Source: Hydrolagus affinis (Eukaryota). Taken from it: DNA of 64,000 nt. The position numbers and the translations under genes are program-made. The stretch's first letter is position 1. Every line of letters starts with the position of its first letter. Where the stretch lies: the NCBI GenBank assembly GCA_012026655.1, contig JAAILG010000539.1:1-64000 (forward strand), given 5' to 3'. Under the pieces are notes generated by a model. The model ran no database searches. It saw only the letters and a program-made list of their open reading frames with translations, and had not been told where the DNA came from. Positions 21,386 through 34,414 of this stretch are shown piece by piece.

Positions 21386-24150
21386 TTGCAGAATATTTGA
21401 AGCTGGGTAACATTACCCACAAATCTTCATGTATGTATGAACATTTGGAGACAAATAAGTCTCAGTATAGGGATGGCAAGAAGAAAATTTACAAATTAAA
21501 AAAGGCCATAAGATATCTGTTTATTATCAAATAATATAAAGTAACTTTAAAATATCAGACTCTAGCCTTTACTGAACCATATAAAGCAACAAACCATAGA
21601 AAGGGGAGACATCACAGTACATTTCTTACAATAAGCAATATTTATTTTTATACCAAAATGATGCAGCAGTCCTTGTAAGATTGTCGCAGACGTTCTGTTT
21701 AAACAATTTTTTGCAAAAATAATACAATGAACTTCCATTGTATTTACTGGCCTTTCTATTATATATTTCTCGAGCTCAGTGCACTTTCACACGTTTGCTC
21801 CTAATGTTCTCAGAGACTGTGATGGTAAAACAGACGTCATCGTGGCTTGCAGGAGGGTGACAAAGTGCTTTCATAACTCCAGAGCATGATTAGCTGGAGG
21901 ACTTGAACTTCTTTATATAAAACGTGATTTGATCAATGTGCACAGTTTAACATTTCATTTCTGTCAGCAGGAAATGCCATATTGCAGTGATGCTGCCTTT
22001 CAAAACCATCCCCTGAGCAATACTGCAACTCCAGCAAACTACTGATCCCAATAACAGGAAGGCCCAGCTGTTTATTAGCAATCTCAGCTGTGCTGGGAGG
22101 GAGGCAAAGGGAAAAATAATCAGAGAGTCAGACTTGGCCACTCTCACTTGGTTTCCGCTGGCCAGTTATCAGTGGTAGCACAGACCACAAGGCAATGTTA
22201 TTTATCTGCACATCCCTCAGAGAAAAGAGTGGTGTGCGCGGACCAGTGGCAAGAGGAAACCCTCTGGATCCTACCCTGAATGAGGGGCACTATATAAATG
22301 CAAGTTGTTTTTATTGCAAGAAACGTAAACAAATAAAAAAAGGATAACAAGAAGTGAGAAGGTAATGTATCTATTTGTCCGATGAAGTTGGGAGTCATGT
22401 GAGTCTGGTTATGCTTGCCGGTTAGCTGCTTTTAAAATTATAGTATTTAAGAAGAATGTACAACATAGAGTACAAAAACTGTGAGAGATTTGGTATAGAG
22501 TGATAGGATGGGGAATTGTAAAAATAAATAAATGTTGCAGTTGGTAGGGAAACATTTAATACAGGTAGGTGATGACGGACTTTAACAGAGAGAGAGTGGT
22601 GAGAAAAATCGGTAGAAAACCTATCTCGGGTGCAGCAGAGTCCAAAAATATATTAAGAAGATAACACTTGTGTATCCTTAATGTAAGAAGGGAAGAAAAT
22701 AAAGATTATGAACTCAAATTCTGAATGTAACCAAGTGTAGTAACAATAAAGCTTGTCCAATCAGCCTATCTTGGTAAAAACCATTTTATATCTCTTTTTA
22801 TATTCATTCATCAGAAAGAAGAAATTCACATCCTAATCGTCTACAAATTGTGCTGTGATAATACATACACCATTGATGTCTATCAAACATCAGTTGTTAA
22901 AAAGAAAACATCCATTATAACCGAGTAACAACAAAATTTATTTTTCTTTAAACGCAACAAATTCCCACCAATTCATCCACACACTAACTGTATTTAAATT
23001 GTATTAGACAACTCATTCATAAAACTGCAATACTGAACTAAATTCAGCCCAGTTTCATTTAATCCTTCTTTGTAAATCGATGCCTAATGGGCATTGTATG
23101 CGTCATTTTGCATTGCAGATTTATTTAATTTACATGTAACATGACTAGATCATGTAGGTCTCTGCAGGAAGTTAACCAACCAAGCATTGTGTTAGTGGAG
23201 GCATCTAATGAAAAAATGGGCACAATATGTGAAAATTTAGCCTGTTTGTTGTGAGCAAACATTCCATAAAGAGAACTAAATCCACTCAAAACTAGGCCAC
23301 TGGTTATATGTGAAGGTAAATCTTGTATTGCAGTTTGCCACAGCCAATATAAAAGTGGTTGCCAACATTCACTGCTGTGCGCCAGATGTTGCAATGAACA
23401 CATAAAAGTTATACACAGGCAGATGATGTAATTTCTGTATATAATTCTCAAAGTGATGGCATGTGTCAATGTCAAGAAAGGGCTAGTCTTGGGTTTTGCC
23501 AGGGATTGCCCTGACTGGCAAAACAGCTTTTTAACACATTCCTGTAACTCCATTTAGCCCCGTTGTCACAACTTCTGTTTTGCCCATCAACGCAGTTCAA
23601 ATGAAGTTGATTAAAAGAAAAAGAACCTGTCAAAAATGGCTTTGGGCACTTTCATCGCATGCTTAAAAAAAAAGGCTAAAAATGAAAGCGATATTTGCAC
23701 GAATAACCGACTACTTCCTTTAAACCATAGTTTGAAGACGAAAGCCCTGTTCTGGCAAAAATATTCAGGTGGAGAGAAGTTAACGACACTAATAGTCAAC
23801 GTGGTAAAAAAAAACACGATGCGCAAATTGGCGTCCCCAAAAAAAGTGAATCCTGTGAAGTGCTTTCTGACAACTTCACAATCTGAAAGAAGCAATGTCC
23901 AATGCAAGGATTATTTCTATTATTACAGCCAACTCAAAGGACTGTCTCCAGTTATTTGTCAGGGGGAGATGAGAAGTTGTTTTTTTAACGCAGTGAATTG
24001 TTACAATCTGATTTGCACTGCCTGAAAGGGTGGTGAAAACAGATTCAATAGTAAATTTCATTTTAATGTATACTTGAAAAGAAAAAATAATCAAAGCTGT
24101 GGGTTAAGAGCAGAACAGTAGCTCTCATTCTATATCACTTTTAAATTCCT

Positions 24151-24213
24151 GGCACAGGCATGATGGGTTAAGTGGCCTCCTTCTGTGCTGTAGGATTTTA
24201 TGATTCTTTGATT
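24151..24213 (+). mobile_element. CR1 extreme 3' tail
   Basis: CACAGGCATGATGGGTTAAGTGGCCTCCTTCTGTGCTGTAGGATTTTATGATTCTTTGATT, the CR1 hairpin plus a (ATTCTRTG)-like repeat. Confidence 0.75.
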
Positions 24214-24914
24214 TTAATAATAATGATCATCATTTCACCTCCTCTTTTCATTGGGTCCGATCTCATTCTTCACACTTACTTTCTTCCTTCTGGGTATTTG
24301 AATTGTCCCTGTGAATTTGAATGTACAAAATTTGAATGTAACCACCCCCACAAAAATCAAACTAATTTGACTTATTGCCATCTATGGAACTTTTTTTTTT
24401 GCACAGTCTTGCTGCCAGCAAAACCATATTCTACAGTAAACTCCTGATAACTCACTGCTACACAGAGAAAGGGTGCAGTGATGAAGAGCTAGGCATACGT
24501 AAAAATAAATGTAGCTAGGCAAATGACTTAAGTGGTAATGGTTGAATTATCGGGAGTTTACTGTATACAATATAAAAAATAAGTTTATACTTTATCTCCT
24601 GGTTACCATCTGGCTAGATCTTTCAGAGATCTGGCATGAACACAATGGGCAAAAAGGCCTTTTTCTGTACCATAGCTTCAGTGGGATATCAACATTGATG
24701 CAGCAAGCCCTACACAATTTGTTTTGCATGTCACCCTGCCATGAAACCAATGAAATTAAATTATATAGCAGGACAGTACTATAGGAGATAAGTGTGTCCA
24801 TGGACTGCATGACAAATATGTAGATTCTTGATAGCTGTAGGATGAAATCTCTCAGTCAGGTGTTCAATAGGAGGCATGAATGGAAGCTTGGTGTTTCAAT
24901 AGGAAGGAGAGAAG

Positions 24915-25195
24915 TCACTCAGCCGAACTAACAGTTGAGTGTTACAAATTGACCTCAGTGCCTCTGGGTGAAAGAGGAGCAAATCAGACAGGGTTTTTGC
25001 TATGTGTTGCTTTCCAACAAACCCTGTTGGAAACATGTGGATATTGAGTGGGGGACAAAATTGGGTGAAGGTATGATGCCCTCCATGGTTGAATTGTCTC
25101 TGAACACTGACTCCCTACTGTTATGCAGTGAAGATTGCATACAGTCAAGATACCAGAGAGCCTCTGACAACATTGGAACCATCCCCAGCATGGCA
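24915..25195 (+). mobile_element. Second copy of the ancient SINE-like repeat at 20235
   Basis: TACAAATTGACCTCAGTGCCTCTGGG...AAATCAGACAGGGTT...CCCTGTTGGAAACATGTGGATATTGAGTG...TGATGCCCTCCA is colinear with 20280-20460. Confidence 0.6.
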
Positions 25196-26104
25196 ATGCC
25201 TTCTGGCAAGATAGAACAGTATTAGAGAATTTTTTAAAATTAGAAAATATAAATATGTTGTTTCATTGAATAGTATATTGTCTTCTCACCTCTGGGTCTG
25301 ATTCAATTCCGACCAAAACTGAGATTTTAAAAATGTAGTGAAAGAAGTGTTAGTAGATCTAACACTAACTGCCCAGAAGTGGACAGAACTTGCCAATCTC
25401 ACTCCACGATGCCACTAGGGAGTTTAATATTCAGTAAGTTGTAACAGGAGTTCTGAGTTGCAAATAATGACTTCCTGCCAGGTCTAACCAGAAGTGTAGC
25501 ACACTGATCCATGGAATCTCTGCTCCAGCAAATTTTACTTCCGGAGCAGATTTCCCATGGGTCACCTGGATGCAAACACAATGAACAATCATGAGAAACA
25601 ATGGCTTTCAAGATCATTTTGGAAATCTGGGTAGTAGAATTGGAAATAGCAAATGCAACTGAAATAAATGGCCTGAAAGTGTTGGAGAGTGCATTGAATT
25701 TCCTGGTTTTAATCACAGCTAAGGAAGATCACTAAGGTAAGAGGAGAAAGTCAACAATCAATTGCAAAATGGGAGTGAAGCTGAAGGATAATTAGACTTC
25801 TGCACATAATTTTAAGCTCGACATTTTCTGCTTTCTTTCATTTGGTTGTTAAGCTCTTTATAAATGGTTAACTCCTGGCATATTGTATAAAGAGGAGTCG
25901 CTGACACCAATCCACTTCAAATTTTCTGCCCATTTACCACCTGTGAATGAGGTTGCCGAGACTAAATTTCCCATTACAAAAGGGTAAAAAAACACGATTT
26001 GTTTTGTGCTAATTGTTTCGAGAGATTGTTATGTACATAGAAACACGACATCTAATTCAAGCAAATAGATAAAAAACACACACAACATAACAACACAATT
26101 CAGA

Positions 26105-27125
26105 TTGAGCATTGCATGAGAGAACCTGGGTTTGATTCTCGGGCAGGGGAAAAGTTATGCAAATTTTGCCTGTTTGTCTAGCAGTAAGTAGGAACCCAAG
26201 TGTTAGTCGATTGGTGGATTGCTCTTCTGGGAAAAATAATCCCTTCAAAAAATTCACTCAGTCCACCATTGGTTGTGGGACCTGGTGTGACATTTGGCTG
26301 TCACATTTCTCCCACAAAATATGCAGTCAATTCATTTTACCAGGCACCATGACCAGCACGCCTTCCACCATCTCCACTACATCGCCCGACTCTGTCACTG
26401 CCTCACCCGTCAGGCTGCTGAAACCCTCACACATGCGTTTGTCATCTCTAGGCTTCATTACGGCAACTCCGTCCTTGTCGGCTTCCCCAACTCTTCCTTC
26501 CACAAGCTGCAGATCATCTAAAACTGCAGCTCGTGTCCTCTCCCACACCAGGCTCCATGACCCCATCACCCCCACCCTCACCCGGCTCCACTGGCTCCCC
26601 ATTGCTTAGAGTATCAAATTCATGATCCTTGTGGTCACTTTCAAGGCTCTCCACGGCCTTGTCCCCTCCTATCTCTCTGACTTGCTAACCCTTTATCAAC
26701 CTGTCCGCTCCATACATTCAGCAGCTCTGGCCTGCTCCATGTCTCCCGCCCGATCTGCCCTACCAGCGGCCAGGACCTTCAACCTCTCTGCCCTACACTT
26801 TAGAACTCCATCCCACAATTGCTTTGCCTCGCTCCCTCCCTCGCCATCTTCAAGGCCAGTCCTCTTCGACTGTGCCTTCAGGTGCCCTCGTTTCTCTCTG
26901 CCCCCCCTCATCCCAACCCTGTCCCCCACCCCCACCACCTCTCCTTTCCCCCCCACCCCCACTCCCCCCCGCTTGGCTCCAGACCGCTGACTGTTCAGTG
27001 CCTTGGGACATGATAGGAGCTCTACAAATTTAATATTGTTGCTGTTATGGTTTATTCTGTTTAGCACTTTGAGGAGTCTTGAAGACGTCATAAGACACTG
27101 TATCAAATGCAAGGATTATTATTAT
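26105..27125 (+). mobile_element. tRNA-SINE (longer variant) split by an L2 insertion
   Basis: The SINE runs to ...CAGTCAATTCATTTTAC (26340) and resumes as TATTCTGTTTAGCACTTTGAG...ATCAAATGCAAGGATTATTATTAT at about 27052-27125. Confidence 0.8.
26345..27048 (+). mobile_element. L2 LINE 3' about 700 bp (frameshifted ORF2 C-terminus)
   Basis: HLHYIARL...AAETLTHAFVISRLHYGNS, TAARVL...PITPTLTRLHWLPI and FKALHGLVPSYLSDLL motifs, followed by the L2 tail. Confidence 0.9.
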
Positions 27126-28112
27126 CTAAGGGAAATCGATGGGTGAATCATGTTAAACGTGTGACAGTTAAACAGAGGGCCAGTGGAGTGACGAGGTTCA
27201 GTTTCTCCAGGATTTGATCCAGGGCATCTTTATCTGAATGTTTGGTTGTTTCGCATGAAAACGTATACTGGAAACGTATGCATTTACTGAATTTTAAAAA
27301 AAAGAATCGGGCTGTGATGACTTTTTTTCCTTACACACATCCAACAAAAATATCCAACTCATTTCAGTATAACGATGAATAAATCTATAACCCAAGAGTG
27401 AGAGAAGAAATCTTTCCCTCCCATAATTTCCTACTTTTACATACAAATGGGATGAAAGCCAAATTCAAAAGGAGGTTGTTCAACACCTGCGCAGGAAGTT
27501 ATGAAAATTAATCAGCACCCTAGTGTGATCACACAGCTGTTGCGAAGGCTAGTGATTCGCTGTGCACCTTCTCTCTTTCTCACTGTGACTTGTCTTTGGG
27601 TCAATCAAAGTGTCACTTACAATCCCTGGCCCAGTAGAACTATTGTCCTCCCATTGCACCATGGATTAGGTGTTTGCACCTGTGACATTCCTTTGGTATC
27701 AATTATTTTATGCCTTTAGTAAGTCATGACACTATTGAAAGTAGAATCTGTGTGTTAAGCAATAATCACTGTCTGACACAGTCAGCAAGTTTTTATTTAT
27801 TTTTGTAACCCTGTTTACAAAATTTACCCAACTAAGCACGTTTCTACTCAGATTGGGCTGTGACTGCATCTACAACTTGTTAAACTGCAGATGTAGTTTG
27901 TTCCCCTAATTCCTAGTCCTCCCTGCAACTGTGAAATATTGTGTTTTCAGCAAAGATCCACTGAAGAGTATTCAAGCAGAAGTATTTTACTTTTCCCCAA
28001 GAGTCATGTGGTAAAAGTACCAATTCCATACAGCCAGCCATTAGATAAATAACTTGGGAGCAATAGCCTGCTGCTTGCCAGACAGTGATCTCAATAGAAA
28101 GTTATCTGGTAC

Positions 28113-28176
28113 AGCAACAACAATCACAACAAAATTACATTTATAGAGCCTTTTTCACGTCGGGAAGACGTCCCAA
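28113..28176 (-). mobile_element. L2 extreme 3' tail
   Basis: (CAA)n AAATTACATTTATAGAGCCTTTTTCACGTCGGGAAGACGTCCCAA. Confidence 0.75.
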
Positions 28177-30059
28177 TGGAACCACATGATGAACTCTGGA
28201 ACCCTTGGCATAGCTCGGCTGTTAGCCAACCTATACTTAATACTTTCCGGAATTAGAACAGAAGGATGTCTTTTGGGAGAAAGTGCATTCCAAGCACAGG
28301 TAAACCAACACCCATGTGAAGGTGACATATACAGTATATGTGGAATTTTAAGTCTGATATGGTGATAGGTTTCCTCGTGTGCCTGATCAAAAAGGAAACT
28401 TGTAGCAATGGTTCATTACTGAATCAATGCAAGTTTTATAAATTGGGCAATAATTTACTATTTTGGGGTACAAACTCCTGGTCAGAAAGCTTGTTTCAAA
28501 TAGCTTCAAAACGTTGGGTGTACTGTACATATGTTCATGTCAAGCATCCACAGTGTATTGTTTTTAAATCTGTATCATATGTGTGTTCAGGCACTCCCAC
28601 ACTGCAATACAATTTAATCCATCCTGTCACATCTGCAAGAACTAGGACCTGATGCTGTGAATAGAACCACTTTAGTATCATTTAATTAAGCCGGTATGTT
28701 AGGTGATTATCAGTATTGAAAATATGCAACAAGAATTTGGTTTGCAAATTTATGGAACACATTTTTTAAAAATAGCTTTGACATTTGAGCAGAGGTTCTG
28801 AGATCAGTTCACTTTTTATTCTTTGTGTTCACTAATGTTGTCCAATCAAATTCTAACTAAGTTATAATAAAATACCATGTTGAGAAATTGGGGTTCTTCT
28901 AGGCAAGGTACTGGCACTCAAAGCGCCATTTACCATCTCTACACAATTTTTGGCAGACCTTGTTTTCTGACTACACAAGTTGAATTCTCAAATGCTTTTC
29001 CATAAACACTGGATAAATCAAACTTGTTAAAATATTTTCTTGTCTGTGCAGTACTACTGTATTAATTTCACAGAACAATTATAAGAGTGGTTTCAATTGA
29101 ATGCCAGGGCTATTCTACCTTTCTGAAGTTTTACTATTTAAGCACTCTGAGATGCTATCCTGTGTGTAGGGTGCTATTTAAGTACAAGTTGTTGTTGTGG
29201 AGTTTTTATCTGCTTTTTCTTTTCTTGACTTATTGTTTATTTAGTTCGATTTGTATTAATTCCGCAGTGCGAGTTTTGTTTAATAGTCTTGCTTCAACAT
29301 CTCTTCCTTCATTTTTACTTCACTTCTCACCAGTGGTAACTTTTCCACATGTACTTGATCCACCTCTGCTCTACTTGTATGTTCTTTTTTTTCTCAGCCA
29401 CGGACAGAACAAGATTTTGGGCAATCTCTGTCGGACTGCTTTAATTAGTTACTGTGTTTTCATATCAACTTGAAATCAAGCAAAGTTTAAAATAAAAGTT
29501 CTATATCCTTAAAATAATAAACTCTAGCAAATCCCAAACTATTTGTTATAAATACTCAAAGCTGCTCCAGCATCTTATTCTGTCGAATTTGAAATTTAGT
29601 ATAAATAGTGAAGAGGTAGACATAGCCAGCAATATACCCACACTACTATTCCTTGTGTCTTGCAGGGTTACCTCAGGTTTGCTGTACATCCTCAACCTCT
29701 CCACACCATTATCATTGGCCAAGCCTACAGATTCTCTGGCTCTAACGTCTGAAACTCCTCCCTCTAGCCTTGCTCTCACCTCCTCTCTATCCGTCTTGAA
29801 TTCTCACCTTATTACTTTATTGTGCAACTATCGGTTGTTGAAGGTTATACAAACACAACAAAGGTAGCAGAAATCACTTACTCTCTTTTACCCATGGGAT
29901 GATATTTAAGTTATTGCCAGATAGTGGCACCCAATACTTGTCCCAATGGAGAAGGAAACTGATTTCATTGATTTTTCAAGGTATGATATTTGGTTCATAA
30001 GTAACTGCTTTATTTATTTTTGAATCAAGATTTTAAGCCAAATCTAATATTTTACATTA

Positions 30060-30196
30060 GGCCAGGCTTTCAGCGCCTCTTCCCCCACCCTTTGGAACTC
30101 CATCCCACAATCCCTTCGTCTTGCTCCCTTGTCTCCTTCAAAGATCAGCATCTTGGGACATCCTCCCGACGTGAAATGTAATTTTGTTGTTGTTAA
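30060..30196 (+). mobile_element. Internally deleted L2 3' fragment
   Basis: GGCTTTCAGC...CTTTGGAACTCCATCCCACAATCCCTTCG...TTGGGACATCCTCCCGACGTGAAATGTAATTTTGTTGTTG. Confidence 0.8.
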
Positions 30197-30884
30197 TAAT
30201 AAACTTTAAAATTGACACTTTTGTGAGTTTTTGTGAGCAACACTAAACAGCAAGAGGCAACTGTTGCCTACTGGTCTAGGCCCTCTAAATACTGTGTGTA
30301 TATGTATGCACGCGCGCGAGAGGGGGAGAAAGGCTATTTCCTGAGAATTACGTATGTACCGTATATATTTTTTATTAGGGCAATTGGAAGAAGATAGCTA
30401 CATGAGGGAATCATTCAGACTCTAAAAAGGCATCAAGGCTTTGCATTCCATTGAAAACTCCCTTTCCAGTTAGTGAATATTATCCAATACAAGAAATGTT
30501 ATGGCAATTAAAAACAGTGATCTGATCTGAGCGTTCTGTGTGACATCCGTAAAGTTGCTCTCAAGTGCCACACTCCATGCTTTATCAGAATCCTTTGATT
30601 GAATTATAGCCTCGTAACTCGCTCCACAACATCTATTATTCTATAGATTATAAACTCTGGCTTCAGTCCAATACAATACTTAAGTTACAGTAGATGGGAT
30701 TATCCTCATGATGGGTGGCAGCATGTTTTCTGCTGCTCATTCTAAGATTTATCTCCAAATGAAAAGATTTCACCTCCATCAGCAGACTTTGAAACATTAA
30801 GTCTATTTCTTCAGCTGGACAGGCACTGGGGCTATTCTCTTTTTTTAAATGTCCCATTTGAAACCCTTGGATAGAGTTCAAAAT

Positions 30885-31265
30885 CCTCATCTTTTCCTTT
30901 AAGCCGCTCCTTCCTACGTCTGTGAACTGCTAAGCTATCAACCTGTCCACTCCCTCCACCCAGCAGACTGCGGCCTGCTCCACTTCCCCTGCCTGGCTGC
31001 CCCACCTTTGGCTATCGAGCTTTCAGCCTCTTTGCCCCCATCCATTGGAAGGCCATCCCACATTCCATTCGCTTCGTTCCCTCCCTTGCCTCCTTCACAT
31101 CACATCTCAAGACCCTCTTCTTTGACCGCTCCTTCAGTCACCCTCCTATCCTCCCTGCCCCTCACCCGCCCTGATCACAGCCCTCCTGCTCATGTCCAAA
31201 TCCCTGCCTGGGGATGTCCTTCTGATGTGAAAGCCACTGTAAAAGCAAAATTTTGTATTTTATTG
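30885..31265 (+). mobile_element. L2 LINE 3' fragment
   Basis: TATCAACCTGTCCACTCCCTCC...GAGCTTTCAGCCTCT...CCTCTTCTTTGACC...GGGATGTCCTTCTGATGTGAAAG. Confidence 0.8.
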
Positions 31266-33157
31266 TATTCCAGAAACACTCAGGTGAAATCCCAGGCTCC
31301 TGAGGCCACAATTTCATGTATATCAGATGCACAAATTGTTAGGGTAGCAGAAAAAATCTCTTGAAAAGGGTTCCACCCTTTTCCCAAGCCTTTTTATTAT
31401 ATGAACCCCAGGAAAAAAAAACTGCTGTTGAGTTTGAACAATAAAGTTTCTACTGCAGGTCAACATCTCTGCCAGCAGGACATAGTTATTATGACATAAA
31501 TTGGCAAAGCTTATTCCATTACGATTACTTAGAGGACAACAAAGGGGATCTTTCAAGCAAATATTTGAAAACCTTAAGCAGCCATGTGAGTTAGGCAACC
31601 ATGATGATACTTTATATCTCAAGGGTCAAAATAAATTTTTAAGCAGTCACAATTAGGAATGTAACTGTATCAATACACTGCAGATTAATAATATTTCTCT
31701 CAAACTTTCTGTCTGTCAACATTACTGAAATCAACTAACTAAAAACAGACCAAATATCAAACATGGGGCTTTTCTGATCTATATGATTCAATTTCACACA
31801 ACAGAGTAGGTGTACCAAGTGAACCATCAGGGTAGTTGTAGATCAAACAACAATGTTCACAATTATTTTGAAACAATAAGTTTGACAAATGTTAGAAATT
31901 CACCTATATGGAACAGTTGAACGTACACAGTATCAAACAGGGAGGCAAGAACCCCAGGAGGCCATTACGTTATTTTAATAAACTAGAAGAAAATTACCTT
32001 CTTAGAATATTTTGGTAACTGGATCCAAAACACTGTTTTTGTCCTTAAAGCATTACTGTATATTTATTACAGATTACATTTTAGATGTTTAGATCCAAGG
32101 CTTTGATTTCCATCATGTCTAACATGCTTCAGTGGAATGCCAATTATTGAAAGCAGCACATTTGTTGCACAGCATTTTTGCGTTGAACCCAATACTATTG
32201 ATAAACTCTGTTTATACTGTAAAGGGAAAGAAATCACTGAATCAGTGCTTTAAACTAACATTGTGGGCATTGGATCAGTCAAACTAATTCAGCCTAGTAA
32301 AGAAAGCAGACACAAAGCATTACATTCAAGACAACTAGTATAAGAATAAAATCAAGCTGTCAAAATAGTACTGACTGCTGTGTTTTGCCAGGCAGGCGCT
32401 TGCGGTATAGAGATTCAGCACAAACATATTTAAAACATAAATTCTAAGCTTACACATTGTAAAAAGACCCGCAAATGCTTATTGATCTGAATAGATAAAA
32501 ACCTAAAACTAGTGTACAAATAATGATCAGAAATGGGAAGAACGTTGTGGCTATTAAGAGGCTGAGTGTTCATTTATAATAGGAGGACTGAACAGCAAAC
32601 GCAGTTTTACCATGACTTGACAATATTGTAAATTTTTTTGTAAGATGACTTATCAGGATGATGTAATTTTGTTATAATTTACGGTGTAATTTTGGAAGAA
32701 TTTTTTTTTAAGTGATGTTATTTATTTAATATGTTCTCTGCTGTAGGATTTCAAACATAACAGTGTACCGGTCGAGTTTTCCCCACACTGTTCTCAGTCT
32801 ACCCTGAATCTCACCTCTGAATTGCCAAATACATTAAAGTGTGTGGAATTAATATATCATTTGTGTTGATACAGATGTCAGGCTTATGCTTCAGTGAACT
32901 GTTCCTCAGATAGTATATTCAAAATGTGAAGTTCTTAGATTTATATTCCAGCGATTCTTTATTGCTGGGATGGGTCACTGTGAATGTGTGTGACTGTTGC
33001 CTCCTCATTTCCCTCTTATAGATTATGACAGAGGACCTTCCTATGCATTTGTGTGTGTGTGCACACATGTATGAGAGAAAGAGAGAAACTTGCTGGAAAC
33101 AGCATAGTTATAATTAAAAAATTTCAAATTACAAAACAGCCTAAGTTAAAGACAATT

Positions 33158-33770
33158 AAAACAATAACAAATTTGTATCGAACCTGTCACATCGGGAGGA
33201 CGTCCCAAGGCGCTAGGCAGTCAGTGATTCAGACCCAAGCTGGGGTTGGGATCGGGGAGGGTGGAGGAAAAGGAGGGCATTTGGGGTGACCAATGGTATC
33301 GTTGAAGAGGAGCGTCTTGAAGAGGGACTTGAAGGAGGCTAGGGAGGGGCGAGTTGGAGGGATTGCACGATGGAATTCCATAGGTTGGGTGAAATGTGAG
33401 AACTTGGACGGAGGAGACAGTTAGTGGTGGAGAAGAGAAGCCTGGAGTTATCCTTGGCCTCCAAGATTAACTTGAGTAGAAGGAGGACTTGGCAGATGCA
33501 AGGACGGAGTGGTAGGTCTTAGTGTGATAAAGCTAAATTTGCTGGTGGACCATTAGTTTGGATTCATTCCAGGGGCAGTTGGCGGCTCGCACTTGTGTCT
33601 TGAGGGATCAGAGATGGCTGGTATATCAAGGAAATTTATGGGAGTAAGAGGTGGTTCGCAGGTGAAGGGGGCAAGGGAGTCGAGGATAGAGGAGAGGGAT
33701 TTGTGGAGAAAAGAGAACAAAGAGGGTAGATTGGTTAGTGACGGCCAGAGGATCAGGAGCTCAGATGACA
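33158..33770 (-). mobile_element. L2 LINE, 3' end joined to an internal ORF2 segment
   Basis: Tail TCACATCGGGAGGACGTCCCAAGGCGC. The minus strand gives LSSILDSLAP and PxYTSHLRSLK, motifs from the L2 region between the endonuclease and RT domains. Confidence 0.8.
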
Positions 33771-34073
33771 AATTAGCTGTAATAAGAAAAATACTCAAAA
33801 AGACATTTTTAGAAGAGTGGGACATTAAGTTGAACATTTGATTTGAAAAGTGTACGGACAGCAAGGATTTCTTCTCTCACACCTCCTGGTTCTAAATCTG
33901 AACTCACTTAGCTTTGTTTTCTAATTCTCGGAAGACAGAGCTCTCATTTTCAATATATAACCTATGAATGGTCTCTGGCTTTTTTTAAGGATAATTTTGA
34001 AATTAACACAAAGCTCTCCATGCTGAGCCATAAAATGCTTCTTTATTGAATAGTAATCTCTGCAAAACTGCTA

Positions 34074-34414
34074 TAATAATAATAATAATCCTTGCATTTG
34101 ATATAGCGGTTTTCACATCTTATCGACGTCCCAAAGCGCTTCACAGAATACACTGTAAAGTGAATTGACTGTATATTTGTGGGCGAAATCACGGCAGCCA
34201 ATTGCGCACAGCATTGTCCCACCAACAGTCGTGGATTGAAATGACCAATTTTATTATTATGGTTTTTTTTGGAAGGATTATTATTAGGCGTGTGGAGTAA
34301 GGAAACTTGCCCAAGGTTTCTCCCTGACCTGACTGGATTCGAACACAGGTCTCCCCAGCTTGGTCTCACCAACGTGCAAGACAAGTGCTCTAACCACTGA
34401 GCCACAGGAGCTCC
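34074..34414 (-). mobile_element. Intact short tRNA-derived SINE (about 340 bp) with Deu 3' remnant and L2-like tail
   Basis: Minus strand: GGAGCTCCTGTGGCTCAGTGGTTAGAGC (A box)...GTTCGAATCC (B box)...GCTGTGCGCAATTGGCTGCCG...GAAGCGCTTTGGGACGTC...(TTA)n. CpGs are retained. Confidence 0.92.

Noticed and set aside
25280-25400. LF-SINE-like fragment (also about 16205-16340)
   Set aside because: Only short patches of resemblance; cannot be supported by eye.
34330-34414. tRNA gene
   Set aside because: The A and B boxes belong to a SINE head that continues into the SINE body and tail; no complete cloverleaf.
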